DNA of 64,000 bases from Eledone cirrhosa (lineage: Eukaryota), in NCBI GenBank assembly GCA_964016885.1, contig OZ024745.1, forward strand, positions 69,006,001 to 69,070,000. Reading direction: 5' to 3'. Of this stretch, positions 63,452-64,000 are shown one piece after another. Numbering within the stretch: the stretch's first letter is position 1; each line of letters opens with the position of its first letter. The position numbers were made by a program, and so were the translations under genes. Under the pieces are notes generated by a model, which was given only the letters and a program-made list of their open reading frames with translations, did not search any database and was not told the DNA's origin.

Positions 63452-64000
63452 ATGTCTTTCGCTGAAACAGTGAACAAAAAACAAGATTTTATAAATCTTG
63501 ACATCTCCAATGCAAGAGATATGCTCCAGCAAGGGAGAACATGTGTAACTTTCGAAGAGAAGGATGGGTTTAGAATTAACTCACTCCTTGAAATAAAAGA
63601 AGACACAGTTTGGAGGACAGTGACCTTTAGGACTGTATCCAATACCACGAGAAAGCCGATATTTGTTAGTCAAGGAGATATAGAAGATACCTTGAAGAAA
63701 ATTCTAGCAAATATCGAATTTCTCCAACGAGGAAAACAGTATGGAAGTGTTTCCGCACTGTTTAAAAGCGAGGCACTTGCCCCAAAACATTCTGTGACAC
63801 CAATAGTCTCAAAAGCATTCACCCTTTTCCCTACATACATGGGAAAAAGGACACAAAAAATAAAAATAAAAAATATACCACCAAACATTAACATCTAGGG
63901 GATCTTGGCTGGCTTCGTAGAGCCAGAAACTGATATGATTCTTTCGATACGAAAGTCTATTCGACAAAGGTGGGCGGGTACGGATTTGGAAATTCTGTTT
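63452..64000 (+). mobile_element. Possible ORF1 (gag-like, RRM-like) of an L1/Tx1-type non-LTR retrotransposon; one in-frame stop; runs off the right edge
   Basis: MSFAETV start; complex open frame of about 150 aa continuing after TAG at 63896-63898; KIKIKNIPPNI resembles the ORF1 V.I.N.PP motif. No zinc knuckle or RT visible in the window. Confidence 0.4.

Overview
This is AT-rich, repeat-saturated animal genomic DNA. It is very probably from an octopus or other cephalopod, inferred from the huge (TA)/(CA) microsatellites, tRNA-derived CORE-type SINEs with RTE-like (ATG)n tails, and RTE and Penelope-like retroelements. No intact host protein-coding gene can be supported, and most ORF-track calls are microsatellite or antisense artefacts. 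Recognisable coding remnants are all retroelement-derived: two RTE-clade LINEs with a C4HC3 PHD-like finger inside the RT region (1-2152 minus; 26543-29800 plus), a CR1-type RT element, two Penelope-like elements (PLEs) with GIY-YIG nucleases, RLE-type fragments (R4/Dong-like, CRE-like) and a possible L1/Tx1-type ORF1 at the right edge. The most unusual observations are: (1) an endonuclease-less CR1 whose 5' part is a Q-rich/C2H2 zinc-finger-gene-like sequence fused in frame; (2) type I hammerhead ribozyme motifs in four unrelated (TA)n-associated elements, two of them short and apparently non-coding (retrozyme-like); (3) the PHD-in-RT RTE architecture; (4) head-to-tail SINE multimers joined at the B box; (5) many unrelated long fold-back palindromes. 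All alignments and folds were done by eye, and coordinates may be off by a few bases.
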